DNA of 63,728 bases, the filler included, from Octopus bimaculoides (Eukaryota), in the NCBI RefSeq assembly GCF_001194135.2. It is 4 parts of 4 records of this genome, joined end to end, with 100 filler letters (N's around TTAATTAATTAA, not from the genome) between each part and the next. Parts side by side here need not be neighbours in the genome. Positions count along the whole stretch, not along the records: positions 45,518 to 57,737 come from NC_068994.1; positions 57,838 to 63,728 come from NC_069009.1; 2 more parts are not named here. One strand, 5' to 3'. The notes beneath the pieces are model-generated. The model was not told the DNA's origin. It was given only the letters and a program-made list of their open reading frames with translations, and ran no database searches. Position numbers and translations under genes: made by a program. Position 1 is the stretch's first letter; the number at the start of each line of letters is the position of its first letter. This document shows, one piece after another, positions 50,422-63,728 of this stretch.

Positions 50422-50672
50422 AAATTATTTTCAATTCACATCATAGAGTGTTTGGAAAGGAAACAGACATTAAGATATTGTAGTTCTAGATACACTGTGT
50501 CTGAATAAATAAAATTAGTGGTTCAAGACCAGATGAAGAGCTGACCAGTGGCTAAACTACGACAATAATTAACACTCCCACTGCAACCACCAGCACCAGT
50601 GCCACCACTAGTATCATCGTCAGAGCAACAACAAGGGAGATAAACAGCATAATATCAAACAACAGTAAACTG

Positions 50673-51349
50673 CAGGATGTCCACAAGGTCTGGGTACATG
50701 GAGTAAATAAAATCATAACATAAACAATTAAATATAAGAAATAATAATTTCTTAAAGTATGTGTTAATCTCCATGTGGGTACATGGAGTAAATAAAATCA
50801 TAACATAAACAATTAAATATAAGAAATAATAATTTCTTAAAGTATGTGTTAATCCCCATGTACCCAGACTTTGTGGACACCGTGGCACTGANNNNNNNNN
50901 NNNNNNNNNNNNNNNNNNNNNNNNNNNNNNNNNNNNNNNNNNNNNNNNNNNNNNNNNNNNNNNNNNNNNNNNNNNNNNNNNTATTTTTAGCAATGCAGGT
51001 GCTCACATAGTACCCTTCTTTATATACAGGGTGTCCACAAGGTCTGGGTACATGGAGTAAATAAAATCATAACATGAACAATTAAATATAAGAAATAATA
51101 ATTTCTTAAAGTATGTGTTACTCCCCATGTACCCAGACTTTGTGGACACCGTGGCACTGAAGTATTTTTGACTTCTATTTTTAGCAATGCAGGTGCTCAC
51201 ATAGTACCCTTCTTTATATACAGGGTGTCCACAAGGTCTGGGTACATGGAGTGAATAAAATCATAACATAAACAATTAAATATCAGAAATAATAATTTCT
51301 TAAAGTATATGTTTATCCCCATGTACCCAGACTTTGTGGACACCCTGTA
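50673..51349. mobile_element. Tandem array of a 127-bp Tc1/mariner-type MITE (period 194 bp)
   Basis: Copy 51221-51347 has ~29-bp TIRs CAGGGTGTCCACAAgGTCTGGGTACATGG and TA on both sides; further copies at 51027-51153 and 50673-50884 (internally duplicated). Confidence 0.9.
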
Positions 51350-52601
51350 TAACAAGGGCACATCTATAGCAAGAGAGAGAAGGAAGTGATACTATTAAAG
51401 CTGATGATGATGATGATAATGATGATGATGACGAAGAAGGCAGTGAGGTGATGTTGATGCTGAGGGCAATATAGTTCATGTTAACGGTGGTGGTGATAAA
51501 AATAGTGATGGTGTGGATGGTGATGACAATGGCTATGATGATGATGATGATGACGATGATAATGACAGTGGTGATGTTGGTAAAAATAAAGGAACAATTT
51601 TAAGATCATGGTGATGTGGTGTTGGTGGTGGTGGTAGTAAAAATAGCGACGGTGTCGATGATGAAGATGATGGCAACAGTGATGATGATGATGACGATGG
51701 TGATGTTGTTGATGGTTGGGTGATGACAAATGATCGTGGTAATAATGCCAACGATGATGATGATGATGACGATAATGACAACGATGCCGATGATGATGAT
51801 GATGATGATGGTGAAGAGGACGAGGATAATGATGGTTGACAACACATCAAGAGCAGCTGTAGCAATTATGAACAGTAAGCGAAAACCTACCAGGACTACA
51901 ACGACAACCACCACCACCACCACCACCACCGCCTTCATTCTCTGCTGACAAGCTAACCACAACAGTCTGTGTGTGTGTGTGTGTGTGNNNNNNNNNNGGG
52001 GGGGGGGGTCAAACAACAATAACAGCAGCAGCAGTAGTAGTAGTAGTAGTAACGACAGCAGCAACTTCTATAATCAGGCAATACTAAAAAGAATTACAAC
52101 ATCAATCAAAAGGGGGCGCCACTATGTGGTCACTTGACACGTTAGAAATAGCAGTCAAGTCTCCCACGCTTCCTAAAACTGCAAGGCTAACTTCAGAAAT
52201 AAGGAACGGAGATATTGGATAATGTAGCAGTCTTGCATATCCTGCTTCCTACCTTGAAACGATGAGGTGGCCATGGATGGATTTCCTTTAACCAGAACTG
52301 ATACGATACTAGAATGACTTCTGGAATCAAACACAACGCTGAAAGCAAGAACACAGCTACATACCTCCAACAAGAACAACAACGACAAGAATAATAATTC
52401 TATAAGGAAGTTTCTCCATTGCTGTTCATGAGGCTAGAAATAACAGCCAAATACTGCTTATGTTACAATCTACGATCTTTAAAAATGAAAGACAAAACTA
52501 AGGACATATTAGCTATTAGTCAATATATACATATATCATCATCATCATCATCATTTAACGTCCATTGATGATGATGATGATGATATATATATATATATAT
52601 A

Positions 52602-52655
<54 letters not shown>

Positions 52656-52987
52656 ATTTAGAGAAAAAACCTCACAATTATTGAATTCACATTATATATT
52701 ATATATTGTGAAATTTAATTTAATTTTTATTTTGAGAAATTAAATTGAATTTTTCCCTGTAAATTTGGATTTTTATCCCTAATATTATTATCATTATTAT
52801 ATATGTATATATATATATATATATATGTTAACTATATCTAAAATGTCCTTAATATTTTTTCATTTTTAAAGATCACGGAGTGTAATATAAATATATATAT
52901 ATATATATATATGCATGTGAGTGGATGTGTGTCTGTGTGTGAGTGAGTGTGTATATACATAGGCATATATACACACATACATATATA

Positions 52988-53045
<58 letters not shown>

Positions 53046-53539
53046 TTTGTATACATATACATATGTGTGTATATATATGTGTGTGCATGTATACATATAT
53101 ATATGTATATTTGTGTGTGTGTGTGTGTATTTAGTGCATATGCAAATATGTATGCGTGCGAGAGACGAGATGGTCATAGTTGCGATGGAAGGCATTTTTA
53201 ACGACGGGTCTACTCGATCAGGGCTGACCTGGGGTTAAACAACCTTAATGACAGCAAGAGAAAGAAGAAGATGATGATGGTAACAGTGATTACAACAGTG
53301 GTGAAGAGAACGACATCGACAATAAGGATGATCAAGAATTATGATGATGATGATGATGATGATGATAATAATAATATATTAGTTTCCAATAATAAGTCGT
53401 GATGAGTATACTGGCTTTGTGTATATTTTACCCCAGTGTCACTTCGATGGCATGTGCTGCTCTCACTCAATAATAATAATAATAATAATGATAAGAAGAA
53501 GAAGAATAGAGATAATAATAATAATAATGATAATAATGG

Positions 53540-53665
53540 TTTCAAATCTTGGCACAAGGCCAGCAATTTTAGGGGCTGTGGGAGCAAGTCAATTGTATCA
53601 ACCTTAGAACTCAATTGGTACTTATTTTTTCGACGCCCAAAATGGTGAAAGGTAAAGTTGACCTC
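53540..53665 (-). mobile_element. SINE family B 3' half within an (AAT)n field
   Basis: tttcaaatcttggcacaaggccagcaatttt...tggtacttattt...gaaaggtaaagttgacctc. Confidence 0.7.
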
Positions 53666-54546
53666 ATAATAATAATAATAATAATAATAATGATGATAAT
53701 AATGAAGATAATAATAATAATTAAATATTGGTTTAAATATTAGTAATAATAATAACAATAGATTATTGTGGTTTCAATAATGATAATAATAATAATAATA
53801 ATAATGATAATCAGATGGTAGAAGATAAATGAAAGTAAATAGTAACAACACCTAAAACAACCAAAAAAAAAAAGACTGAAGGACACAGCCTCTTCCATCC
53901 CCTGCTTCCACAATAACAACAACAACAACAACAATGTACTCTGACTAATGTAACAATAACAACAACAACAACAACAACATCAGGAGTAGACAAAAATACT
54001 CTCAGAAGGATAATACTAACTCGCTGTCTCCGATATGATAAACGCTGCAAAGAACGGCATTGAATTCTCCTCGAATTCGGAATCATTCGTCTGTATTATG
54101 TGTATGATGCGCTGCCTGTCTGCCTGCACAGAAATCTGTCTGTGTGTCCATCAGTCTGTCTGTGCGTCTAGAAAGCCAAGCCATCTCTATTGATCTTTTT
54201 TCTGCACTTGCTCTTTGCATCTACATCTACAACCGTCTATATATATGTATATATATTCATCTATCAACCTCTCTGTGTATCAGTCTATCTATCTATCTAA
54301 TTCTATCAGTCAACCTATCTATCTAATTCCTCTATTTATACATCCGCCAATGAATCTATTAATCTATTTACCTACTAGTCTATCTATCAATATACCTATC
54401 TGTGTGTGTTTGTGTGTGTGTCTCTCTCTCTCTCTTTATCTATCTATCTATCTATCTATTTATCGATCTAATCCCTCTATCCATCAGCCTATGAATCTAT
54501 TAATCTATTTACCTACCAATCTATCTATCAATATGTCTATGTATGA

Positions 54547-54579
<33 letters not shown>

Positions 54580-54894
54580 CCTATCTATCTATCTATCTAT
54601 ATATCTATCTATCTACCTACCTACCTATCTACCTACCTACCTACCTACTTGTCTATCTATCTATCTACCTATCTATCTATCTACTTACCTACATTCTCAC
54701 TTATTTATATATGTATCTTTCTATCAATCTACTTATTCATTTACCTCTCTGTGTGTCAATCAGTTTATTAACAAACTCCTCTATATATCTATCTGTGTCA
54801 ATCTATTGCTATATCAATCTATCTCTCCATCAACTTATCTTCCCTTCAATTTCAGGCGCAGAGCTTGTCTATATATACATATACATACATACAT

Positions 54895-54959
<65 letters not shown>

Positions 54960-55395
54960 NNNNNNNNNNNNNNNNNNNNNNNNNNNNNNNNNNNNNNNNN
55001 NNNNNNNNNNNNNNNNNNNNNNNNNNNNNNNNNNNNNNNNNNNNNNNNNNNNNNNNNNNNNNNNNNNNNNNNNNNNNNNNNNNNNNNNNNNNNNNNNNNN
55101 NNNNNNNNNNNNNNNNNNNNNNNNNNNNNNNNNNNNNNNNNNNNNNNNNNNNNNNNNNNNNNNNNNNNNNNNNNNNNNNNNNNNNNNNNNNNNNNNNNNN
55201 NNNNNNNNNNNNNNNNNNNNNNNNNNNNNNNNNNNNNNNNNNNNNNNNNNNNNNNNNNNNNNNNNNNNNNNNNNNNNNNNNNNNNNNNNNNNNNNNNNNN
55301 NNNNNNNNNNNNNNNNNNNNNNNNNNNNNNNNNNNNNNNNNNNNNNNNNNNNNNNNNNNNNNNNNNNNNNNNNNNNNNNNNNNNNNNNNNNNNNN

Positions 55396-55443
<48 letters not shown>

Positions 55444-55567
55444 TTCTATATATATTTATATGTATATGTATATACATATATATCTATATGTATATATAGA
55501 CATAGATATGCACAAGTGTTTATATACATGTATATATATATATAAAGACACACACATATACATTTAT

Positions 55568-55713
55568 CATCATCATCATCATCATCATCATCGTTTAACG
55601 TCCGCTTTCCATGCTAGCATGGGTTGGACGATTTGACTGAGGACTGGTGAAACCGGATGGCAACACCAGGCTCCAGTCTGATTTGGCAGAGTTTCTACAG
55701 CTGGATGCCCTTC
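55568..55713 (-). mobile_element. Young RTE 3'-end copy (family C), short
   Basis: Matches the other family C copies; (CAT)n at the left. Confidence 0.88.
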
Positions 55714-55761
55714 CTATAAATATACACAAGACACACACATACATATATATACATATATATG

Positions 55762-55889
55762 ACTCACAAGTCTTTGGTCGGCCCGAGGCTATAGTAGAAG
55801 ACACTTGCCCAAGATGCCACGCAGTGGCACTGAACCCAGAACCATGTGGTTGGTAAGCAAGCTACTTACCACACGGCCACTCCTACACC
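55762..55889 (-). mobile_element. SINE family A 5' half
   Basis: ggctatagtagaagacacttgcccaag...actgaacccagaaccatgtggttggtaagcaagctacttaccacac. Confidence 0.85.
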
Positions 55890-55940
55890 TATTTATTTAT
55901 TTATGTGCTTCAGCCAAGTGGCTGCGGTCATGCTGGTGCA

Positions 55941-56024
<84 letters not shown>

Positions 56025-57663
56025 TTATAAATATATATATTTATAAATATATATATTTGTCTATTCCTCGACCAATCTCTCTTAACCTATCTATCTATCT
56101 ATCTATCTGTCTGTCTATCTGTCTGTCAACATGACTAACTCTCTGTCTATCTCTCCATACCTACTGATCTATCCTGCATTTTGTATGTCTGTCATTGATT
56201 ATCTCCCTGTATATCTCTCAGCATCCATCCATCCATCCATCCATCTGTCTCTCCCTCCATCAACTCTAGCATTCATTCATATATATCAGTTAGATGAAGC
56301 TGCCTGCTCGCCTGCTTGGCATCTCTGAGTGTGTGTGTGTGTGTGTGTGTCTACCATATTCCAGAGGAGACATACAAATAGTAAACAGACTTAAAATGAA
56401 AGGAAGACAACTGAAGGCTAGGCTTGAAATAGCTATGGTCATGATGATGGTAGCAGTAGTGGTGGCATTGGTGGTGGTGGTTTAGTAGCAATGATGATGA
56501 TGATGATGATGATGAGGGTATTATTATTATTATTATTAGTAGTAGTAGTAGTAGTAGTAGTAGTAACAACAATGGTCGTGGTGGCGGTGACAGGTAAGGT
56601 GTGAGTTGTGGTGGTGATGATTATGGTGGCGATGATGGTGAAGATGACGGTGAGAATGATGATGATGGTGATGACAATGATGGTGATGATGATGATGATG
56701 ATATTTGTGATGATGATGATGATGGTGATGGTGATGTTGACAGTGATGATAGTACAGGTGACGGTGGTAGTGTGATGGCATTAGTGGTTGGGGGTCAGTT
56801 CCTGTGGTAGTGTTGTTGGTGATGTTTATGGTGCTTGGTGGTAGTATTGGCTGTAGTACAAGCTGCAGTAGAGACAGTGTTTGCGGTGGTAGTGGTTGTG
56901 TTAGCTGTGCAGCAATGATGATGATGATGATGGCAGTGGTGGTGGTGGTGGTTGCAAAGATGTCATTACCACCCCCACCCCAGTCAGCTTGATTATACAG
57001 AAGATGAATTTGGCTGCTATTTCTAGCAAGTCGAGTACTCATAGAAAAAAGATATCCCTTACTACTCCCACTTTTGTTGTTGCTGTTGTTGTCTCCACTC
57101 AGGTCAGCTCCAGTCGAGCAGACCTACGATCCAAGGCACTCCATCCATGACCTAGTGTATTATTTTTTCCAGTATTATCCGCATCTTTCATCTCTTTATT
57201 TAAACAGCAGCATGAAATCGGAAGCAGATTTGGCTGCTATTTCTAGCAGGTCAAGTAACTACAAAGAAGCCCCTCTCTCTCTGTCTCTCACTGCTGTTAA
57301 GCCCAAGCCCAACTCTTACTGGACAGACCTATCATTCCAGTGATGACCATTCCATTGAAAGCATTCCAGTGATGACCGTCCTGGTTTCTGGAGGAGAAGA
57401 GTATCTTAGAGTACATTGTCTTATGGATCCTCTCTTTTTTTAAGGATTTGATTTGAAGGACATTTGGTTGCTATTTCTAGTACGTCTAATGATCATAAAG
57501 CAGCCACTCACGTAGACTCAAGTAAGTAGTAATAAAAAGGACAATGCTGATGGTGGTGGTGGTGGTAGTAGTAGTAGCGGCGGCAGTGATAGTGGTAGTG
57601 ATGATGGTAGTGATGATGGTGGTGGTAGTAGTGGTGGTGGTGGTGGTGGTGGTGGTGGTGATG

Positions 57664-57704
<41 letters not shown>

Positions 57705-57852
57705 GGTGGTGGTAGTAGTGGTGGTCGTGGTGGTAGTNNNNNNNNNNNNNNNNNNNNNNNNNNNNNNNNNNNNNNNNNNNNTTAATTAATTAANNNNNNN
57801 NNNNNNNNNNNNNNNNNNNNNNNNNNNNNNNNNNNNNATATATACATATATA

Positions 57853-58006
57853 CGACGGGCTTCTTTCAGTTTCCATCTTCCAAATTCACTCACAAGGCTT
57901 TGGTCGGCCTGAGGCTATAGTAGAAGACACTTGCCAGTCAGTGGGACTGAACCCGGAGCCATGTGGTTCGTAAGCAAGCTACTTACGACACAGTCACTCT
58001 TACGCC
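57853..58006 (-). mobile_element. SINE family A 5' half
   Basis: Same as 55762-55889 with a small deletion. Confidence 0.85.
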
Positions 58007-58107
58007 TATTTATATTTATATTTATATGTATGTATATATATATATATATGTGTCTGTGTGTACATATATGTGTCTGTGGGTGTGTATATATATATGTATA
58101 TATGTAA

Positions 58108-59163
58108 GGTGACCAAGTCACTAGTGGGGGTGGATGCTCTGAAAGTGTAGCTGCTACAATAAGGATAGCCTGGGCAAGGTTCAGAGTGATCCTACCTCTG
58201 CTGGTGACAAACGCCCTCTCTCTCAGAGTAAAAGGTAGACTGCATGATGCCTGTGTCTGAACAGCTATGCTACATGATAGTGAAACATTGGCCGTGACTG
58301 CTGAGGACATGTGTAAGCTTGCAAGGAATGAAGCCAGTATGCCCCACTGGATGTGTAATGTCTGTGTGCATACATGACAGAGTGTAAACGCACCGAGAGA
58401 AAAGTTGAACTTAGGAAGCATCAGATGTGGTGTGCAAGTATGGTATGGTCATGTGCTGCGAATGGATGAGGACAGCTGTGTGAAAAAGTATCACAGCCTA
58501 GCAGTTGAGGGAATCTGTGGAAGAGGTAGACCCAGGAAAACCTGGGATGAGGTGGTGAAGCACAACCTTCAAACGTTGGGCATCACCAAGGCAATGACAA
58601 GTGACTGAGACCTTTGGATTTATACTGTGCTTGAGAAGGCCCAGCAAGCCAAGTGAAACCATAACCGTGGCCTATGCCAGTGCTGTATAACCAGCCCATC
58701 TAAGAGAACCCTTCATTCATTGGACAATAAAGTATGCTTGCAAAGACCTTTTGAGGCAAATGAAATTGCTGTCATGGCCAATGACAGTACTGTCTGATTG
58801 GCACCCGTGCCAGTGNNNNNNNNNNGGCCGCTGACTGGCTCCCATGCCAGTGGCACATAAAAAAGCACCATTTGAGTGTATTTGTTGCCAGTGCTATCAG
58901 ACTGGCTCCTGTGCAGGTGGCACGTAAAAAGCACCATTTGAGCATGGCCGACGCCAGTATCGCCTGACTGGCCCTCATGCCAGTGGCACGTAAAAGCACC
59001 CACTACACTCTCGGAGTGGTTGGCATTAGGAAGGGCATCCAGCTGTAGAAACTCTGCCAGATCAGATTGGAGACTGGTGCAGCCTTCTAGCTCGCCAGCC
59101 CTCAGTCAAATCATCCAACCCATGCTAGCATTGAAGCGGACGTTAAACGATGATGATGATGAT
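58108..59163 (+). mobile_element. 5'-truncated RTE LINE: ORF2 C-terminus, 3' UTR with three ~67-bp repeats, (GAT)n tail
   Basis: GDQVTSGGGCSES..RIAWARFR..LPLL; WYGHVLRMDEDSCVKK; GRGRPRKTWDEVV; continuous into the family C tail. Confidence 0.93.
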
Positions 59164-61074
59164 ATGATGGTGTGTGTGTGTGTGTGCGTGTATATACATA
59201 TATATATGTGTGTGTATATATACATGTTTGTATACGTGTGTGTGTATTTATATATATATATGTGGTGTTTGCGACTCAGTATGAGCAATATATATATGTG
59301 ATGGGCTTCCATTCAGTTTCTATCTATCAAATTTACTTGCAAAGCAAATTTACTCACAGGGCTACAGTAGAAAATACTGCATGACCATCCAGAATATTTT
59401 TTCTATCGCATGTATTGCTTGCTTATCTAAAGACAGTAAGGTTTGGCATGAGAGAAATTTAGCTGCAATATGAATTCGACCTCGTGATGACATAGAGAAA
59501 CAATTTCCTTAATGGAGGTAATGGTGATGGAGGTGCTGGTCATGTTAGTAGTAGTGGTGGAATGGTGGTTGTGGTGATGGTATTAGTGTTGGGGTGGTGA
59601 TAGTAGTGTTTGTGGTGGTAGTGGTAGTCGTAGCAGTGGCGGTGGTAGTAGTAATGGTGGTGATTTTTGTGATGGTAGCAATCGTTGTAGTAGTGGTGGT
59701 GGTGGTGGTGTTAGAGTCAGTGTTAGTGCTGGTTAGTTGGTTGGTGAGGTATTTTGTCAGTCAGTTGTTATCGGTGGTGGTGGTCGTGCTGGAACAACAA
59801 TTAAATAAGGTTACAAAGAAATAGCTCGAAAAATTGTCCAAGCCATTAATACAAGCCTGAAGACATTTTACAGCAAAGTTAGTGACACAGAAGCAAGAAA
59901 TAAGGTAGGCTTCAGGATAGAGGACGCTGGAGATGCTAGGGAATGGTCGGGGATGGTTAGCATCAAATGAGGAGGGTGATTGCAGGGGATTAACAGAGCA
60001 GAGAGTCCAAGAGACAGTCGCTTGTAAAAGACACAGAAAATATTTTTTCTTTTTATACAAGCAGGGGAAAGACTGGTGTTGGTGTTGCTGTTGTTGGTGG
60101 TGGTGGTCGTGGTGGTGCCTGACGGGGAGTAGCTGTGTGGCGTGGTGTGGTCTTGGTGGTTTGGTGTCTGATGTTAGTGGTGGTGGTGATGCTGGTGGTA
60201 GTTTCGGTGGTAGCATTGTGGTGATGGTGGTGGTTGTGGTTAAGGTGACGATGGTGGTGTTGGTTGCAATGGTGTTGGTGGTGGTGGGGATGGAGGTAGT
60301 GGTGGTGGTGGTGGTGGTGGTGGTTGCCGTGGAGATGATNNNNNNNNNNNNNNNNNNNNNNNNNNNNNNNNNNNNNNNNNNNNNNNNNNNNNNNNNNNNN
60401 NNNNNNNNNNNNNNNNNNNNNNNNNNNNNNNNNNNNNNNNNNNNNNNNNNNNNNNNNNNNNNNNNNNNNNNNNNNNNNNNNNNNNNNNNNNNNNNNNNNN
60501 NNNNNNNNNNNNNNNNNNNNNNNNNNNNNNNNNNNNNNNNNNNNNNNNNNNNNNNNNNNNNNNNNNNNNNNNNNNNNNNNNNNNNNNNNNNNNNNNNNNN
60601 NNNNNNNNNNNNNNNNNNNNNNNNNNNNNNNNNNNNNNNNNNNNNNNNNNNNNNNNNNNNNNNNNNNNNNNNNNNNNNNNNNNNNNNNNNNNNNNNNNNN
60701 NNNNNNNNNNNNNNNNNNNNNNNNNNNNNNNNNNNNNNNNNNNNNNNNNNNNNNNNNNNNNNNNNNNNNNNNNNNNNNNNNNNNNNNNNNNNNNNNNNNN
60801 NNNNNNNNNNNNNNNNNNNNNNNNNNNNNNNNNNNNNNNNNNNNNNNNNNNNNNNNNNNNNNNNNNNNNNNNNNNNNNNNNNNNNNNNNNNNNNNNNNNN
60901 NNNNNNNNNNNNNNNNNNNNNNNNNNNNNNNNNNNNNNNNTATTAAATTAAAGGGAAACGGTATTTAATTAGCGAAGGAAATCTTTATAATTTTTAATAC
61001 AGTTTTCATATGCGCAGCACAACATTTTCGCTAAAGACTTCCCCGCCACACCAATCCACCTTTCCCCTCCACCC

Positions 61075-61570
61075 CCAATACCCATCCCTTCATATTTTCC
61101 CCCTCTTCTCTACTGTACCACCTCTTCCTACTTCTTCATCCTCTTCCTTTCTCCTCCTCATCTTTGTCTTTCTCCTCTGAACCTTCTTCCTCTCCCTCTT
61201 CCTTCATCTTTTCCTCTACCCCTTCATCCTCCTTTCTTCCTTGTCCTCTTCTTTCATCTTTTCTTCCTCCTCTTCCTTTTCCTCCTCTTCATATTCCTCT
61301 CTTCCTTGTCTTCTTCCTTCTCCTTTTCCTCCTCCCCTCTCCCTTCTCTTCCTCCACTTCATCTTCTTCATTCTCCCCCTCTTCCTTGACTTCCTCCCCT
61401 TTCCCCTCTTCCTCCCCTTCCTCCCCTTCACCTTTCACTTTATCATCCACTTTGTCCTCTCTTCCATGTCTCTTCTTCTTCATCCTCATCATCTTCCACT
61501 TTGTCTTCCTCTTCATCCTCCCCTCTTTCCTCATTCACCTCCTTCTCCCCTTCCTCCACCTCTTCTTCCA
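61075..61570 (+). repeat. ~500-bp polypyrimidine (CTT/CCT) low-complexity tract
   Basis: Seen directly; source of the S/P/F/L and E/G/R/K ORFs. Confidence 0.95.
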
Positions 61571-61624
61571 AACATGACCATCCAACCTCATTTTCTTGTG
61601 TGCAGAGGCAAAGGACAGTCACAT

Positions 61625-62107
61625 GCAGGCATGGTTCTGAGGTTAATAAGATTTCGTTGCAATCATATGGTCTCAGGTTCCATCCCACTGTTTAGCATTT
61701 GAACAAATGTCCTCTGGTACACGGAAACTAAAAGAAGCCCATCATGTGTGTGCATGTGTGTAATCTTTTATTTGTTTCAGTCATTTGACTGCAGCCATGC
61801 TACAACACTGCCTTGAAGGGTATTAGTCAAGCAAATTGACCCCAGAGCTTACTTTTTTAAAGCCTAACACTTATTCTATGAGTCTCGTCTCTTTTGCTGA
61901 ACTGCTAAGCTATGGCGATGTAAACACATAAACACCAATTGTCAAGTGGTGACGAGAGAACAAACATAGACAAAAAGGCATGCACACACACATATACGCA
62001 GTGGGCTTCTTTCAGTTTCTGTCTACACTTTGGTCAACTTAGAACTGAACCTAGAACTAAGTGATTGAGAAGCAAGCTTCTTACTGCACAGCTATACCTG
62101 CGTCTAT

Positions 62108-62138
<31 letters not shown>

Positions 62139-62345
62139 CTCTTTTACTCTTTTACTTGTTTTAGTCATTTGACTGCGGCCATGCTGGAGCACTGCCTTTA
62201 GTCAAGCATATCGACCCCAGGACTTATTCTTTGGAAGCCTAGTACTTATTCTATCGGTCTCTTTTGCCGAACCGCTAAGTGACGGGGATATAAACACACC
62301 AGCATCGGTTGTCAAGCAATGCTAGGGGGACAAACACAGACACAC
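61625..62345. mobile_element. Several SINE family A fragments (plus 61625-61745; minus 61770-61990, 62000-62100, 62140-62345)
   Basis: Alignment by eye to 49823-50237. Confidence 0.75.
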
Positions 62346-62968
62346 AAATCATCATCATCATCATCATCATCATCGTTTAACATCCGCTTTNNNNNNNNNN
62401 NNNNNNNNNNNNNNNNNNNNNNNNNNNNNNNNNNNNNNNNNNNNNNNNNNNNNNNNNNNNNNNNNNNNNNNNNNNNNNNNNNNNNNNNNNNNNNNNNNNN
62501 NNNNNNNNNNNNNNNNNNNNNNNNNNNNNNNNNNNNNNNNNNNNNNNNNNNNNNNNNNNNNNNNNNNNNNNNNNNNNNNNNNNNNNNNNNNNNNNNNNNN
62601 NNNNNNNNNNNNNNNNNNNNNNNNNNNNNNNNNNNNNNNNNNNNNNNNNNNNNNNNNNNNNNNNNNNNNNNNNNNNNNNNNNNNNNNNNNNNNNNNNNNN
62701 NNNNNNNNNNNNNNNNNNNNNNNNNNNNNNNNNNNNNNNNNNNNNNNNNNNNNNNNNNNNNNNNNNNNNNNNNNNNNNNNNNNNNNNNNNNNNNNNNNNN
62801 NNNNNNNNNNNNNNNNNNNNNNNNNNNNNNNNNNNNNNNNNNNNNNNNNNNNNNNNNNNNNNNNNNNNNNNNNNNNNNNNNNNNNNNNNNNNNNNNNNNN
62901 NNNNNNNNNNNNNNNNNNNNNNNNNNNNNNNNNNNNNNNNNNNNNNNNNNNNNNNNNNNNNNNNNNNN

Positions 62969-63286
62969 GAATGACCATGGGATTGCACCTAGAAAGTTAC
63001 CTCCAAGGCACAATTCCGGGCAAGGTTGTTTATGGAAGACCAGCAGTCGCCCATGCATACCAGCCTCCCCACTTCATGCCACTGATGCCATCCAAGGGAA
63101 AGGCAATGAGCTTGATACAGCTTGGTACCTGTGACGTTGCAACTCATTTCTACAGGTGAGTGAACTGGAGCAACGTGAAATAAAGTGTCTTACTCAAGAA
63201 CACAACACGCAGCCCGATTCGGGAATCGAACTCACAACCTCTCGATCGCAAGCTTGATACTCTAACCACTGAGCCATGCACCTTCA
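62969..63286 (-). mobile_element. tRNA-derived CORE-like SINE (family D), nearly full length
   Basis: Head gtgaaggtgcaTGGCTCAGTGGttagag...GAGTTCGATTCcc, followed by gtgttgtgttcttgagtaagacactt. Confidence 0.88.
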
Positions 63287-63549
63287 CACACACACACACA
63301 CACACACATATGTATATATAAATTTAAGCAGCTACAAGGCCATTTAGGAAAAATCTAGTCATCACTAATTGAGACTGTGGGTGCTAAAGGCATAGTTGTT
63401 GTCAGAAATAAGAGTTAAAACAATTAAATCTTCATGCAAAGCATATATAAATGTGATTTTAATGCAAGTATAAGAATTTTGACTCATTTCTCTAACAATA
63501 ACTGTGCTTCTGGTACCCACAGTAATAATTTGCTATGACTAAATTGTTT

Positions 63550-63705
63550 GTGTGTGGTTAGAAGCTTGCTTCCCAACCACATGGTTCTGGGTTCAGTCCC
63601 ACTGCGTAGCACCTTGGGCAAGTGTCTTCTGATATAGCCTTGGGCCAACTAAAGCCTTGTGAATGGATTTGGTAGACAGAAACTAAAAGAAGCCCGTCGT
63701 ATATA
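63550..63705 (+). mobile_element. SINE family A 5' half
   Basis: tRNA-like head, gcaccttgggcaagtgtctt core, ends gaagcccgtcgtatat. Confidence 0.88.
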
Positions 63706-63728
63706 TGTGTATGTATATATATATATAT

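Larger units (their letters stand above)
51400..60340. repeat. Extended di-, tri- and tetranucleotide microsatellite fields (GAT, GGT, AGT, AAT, ATCT, AT, GT)
   Basis: Fields at ~51400-52060, 52580-53160, 53260-53990, 54240-54960, 56440-56960, 57545-57740 and 59500-60340. Confidence 0.95.

Noticed and set aside
50673-51349. CRISPR-like repeat-spacer appearance
   Set aside because: The spacers are identical, the units are TIR-bearing MITEs, the context is eukaryotic and there are no cas genes.
59800-60070. Unique-looking island within the GGT field, possibly a LINE remnant
   Set aside because: All frames are interrupted by stops or lack a diagnostic motif; cannot be classified.

Overview
AT-rich, microsatellite-saturated animal genomic DNA with about 19 N gaps. 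The repeat content (tRNA-derived SINEs embedded in microsatellites, RTE LINEs) suggests a coleoid cephalopod, probably Octopus; this is an inference. There is no long intact CDS, and almost all of the ORF track is microsatellite or gap artefact. Supportable content: decayed RTE LINEs (one with three C-terminal C2H2 fingers, one with a PHD-type finger next to the RT core), two R4/Dong-like RLE retrotransposon fragments, an internally deleted Helitron, a hAT element with intact TIRs and an 8-bp TSD, Tc1/mariner- and pogo-type MITEs, and several SINE families. Not visible in the ORF track: a probable plus-strand spliced host gene starting near 23.3-23.4 kb (ETS motif, strong ATG, microexons), with an apparent switch to CpG-depleted sequence at the same place. 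Also present are an inverted repeat bracketing a 28-nt microexon, a ~630-bp foldback with a near-perfect 50-bp core stem, and hammerhead-like motifs. All alignments and counts were done by eye.
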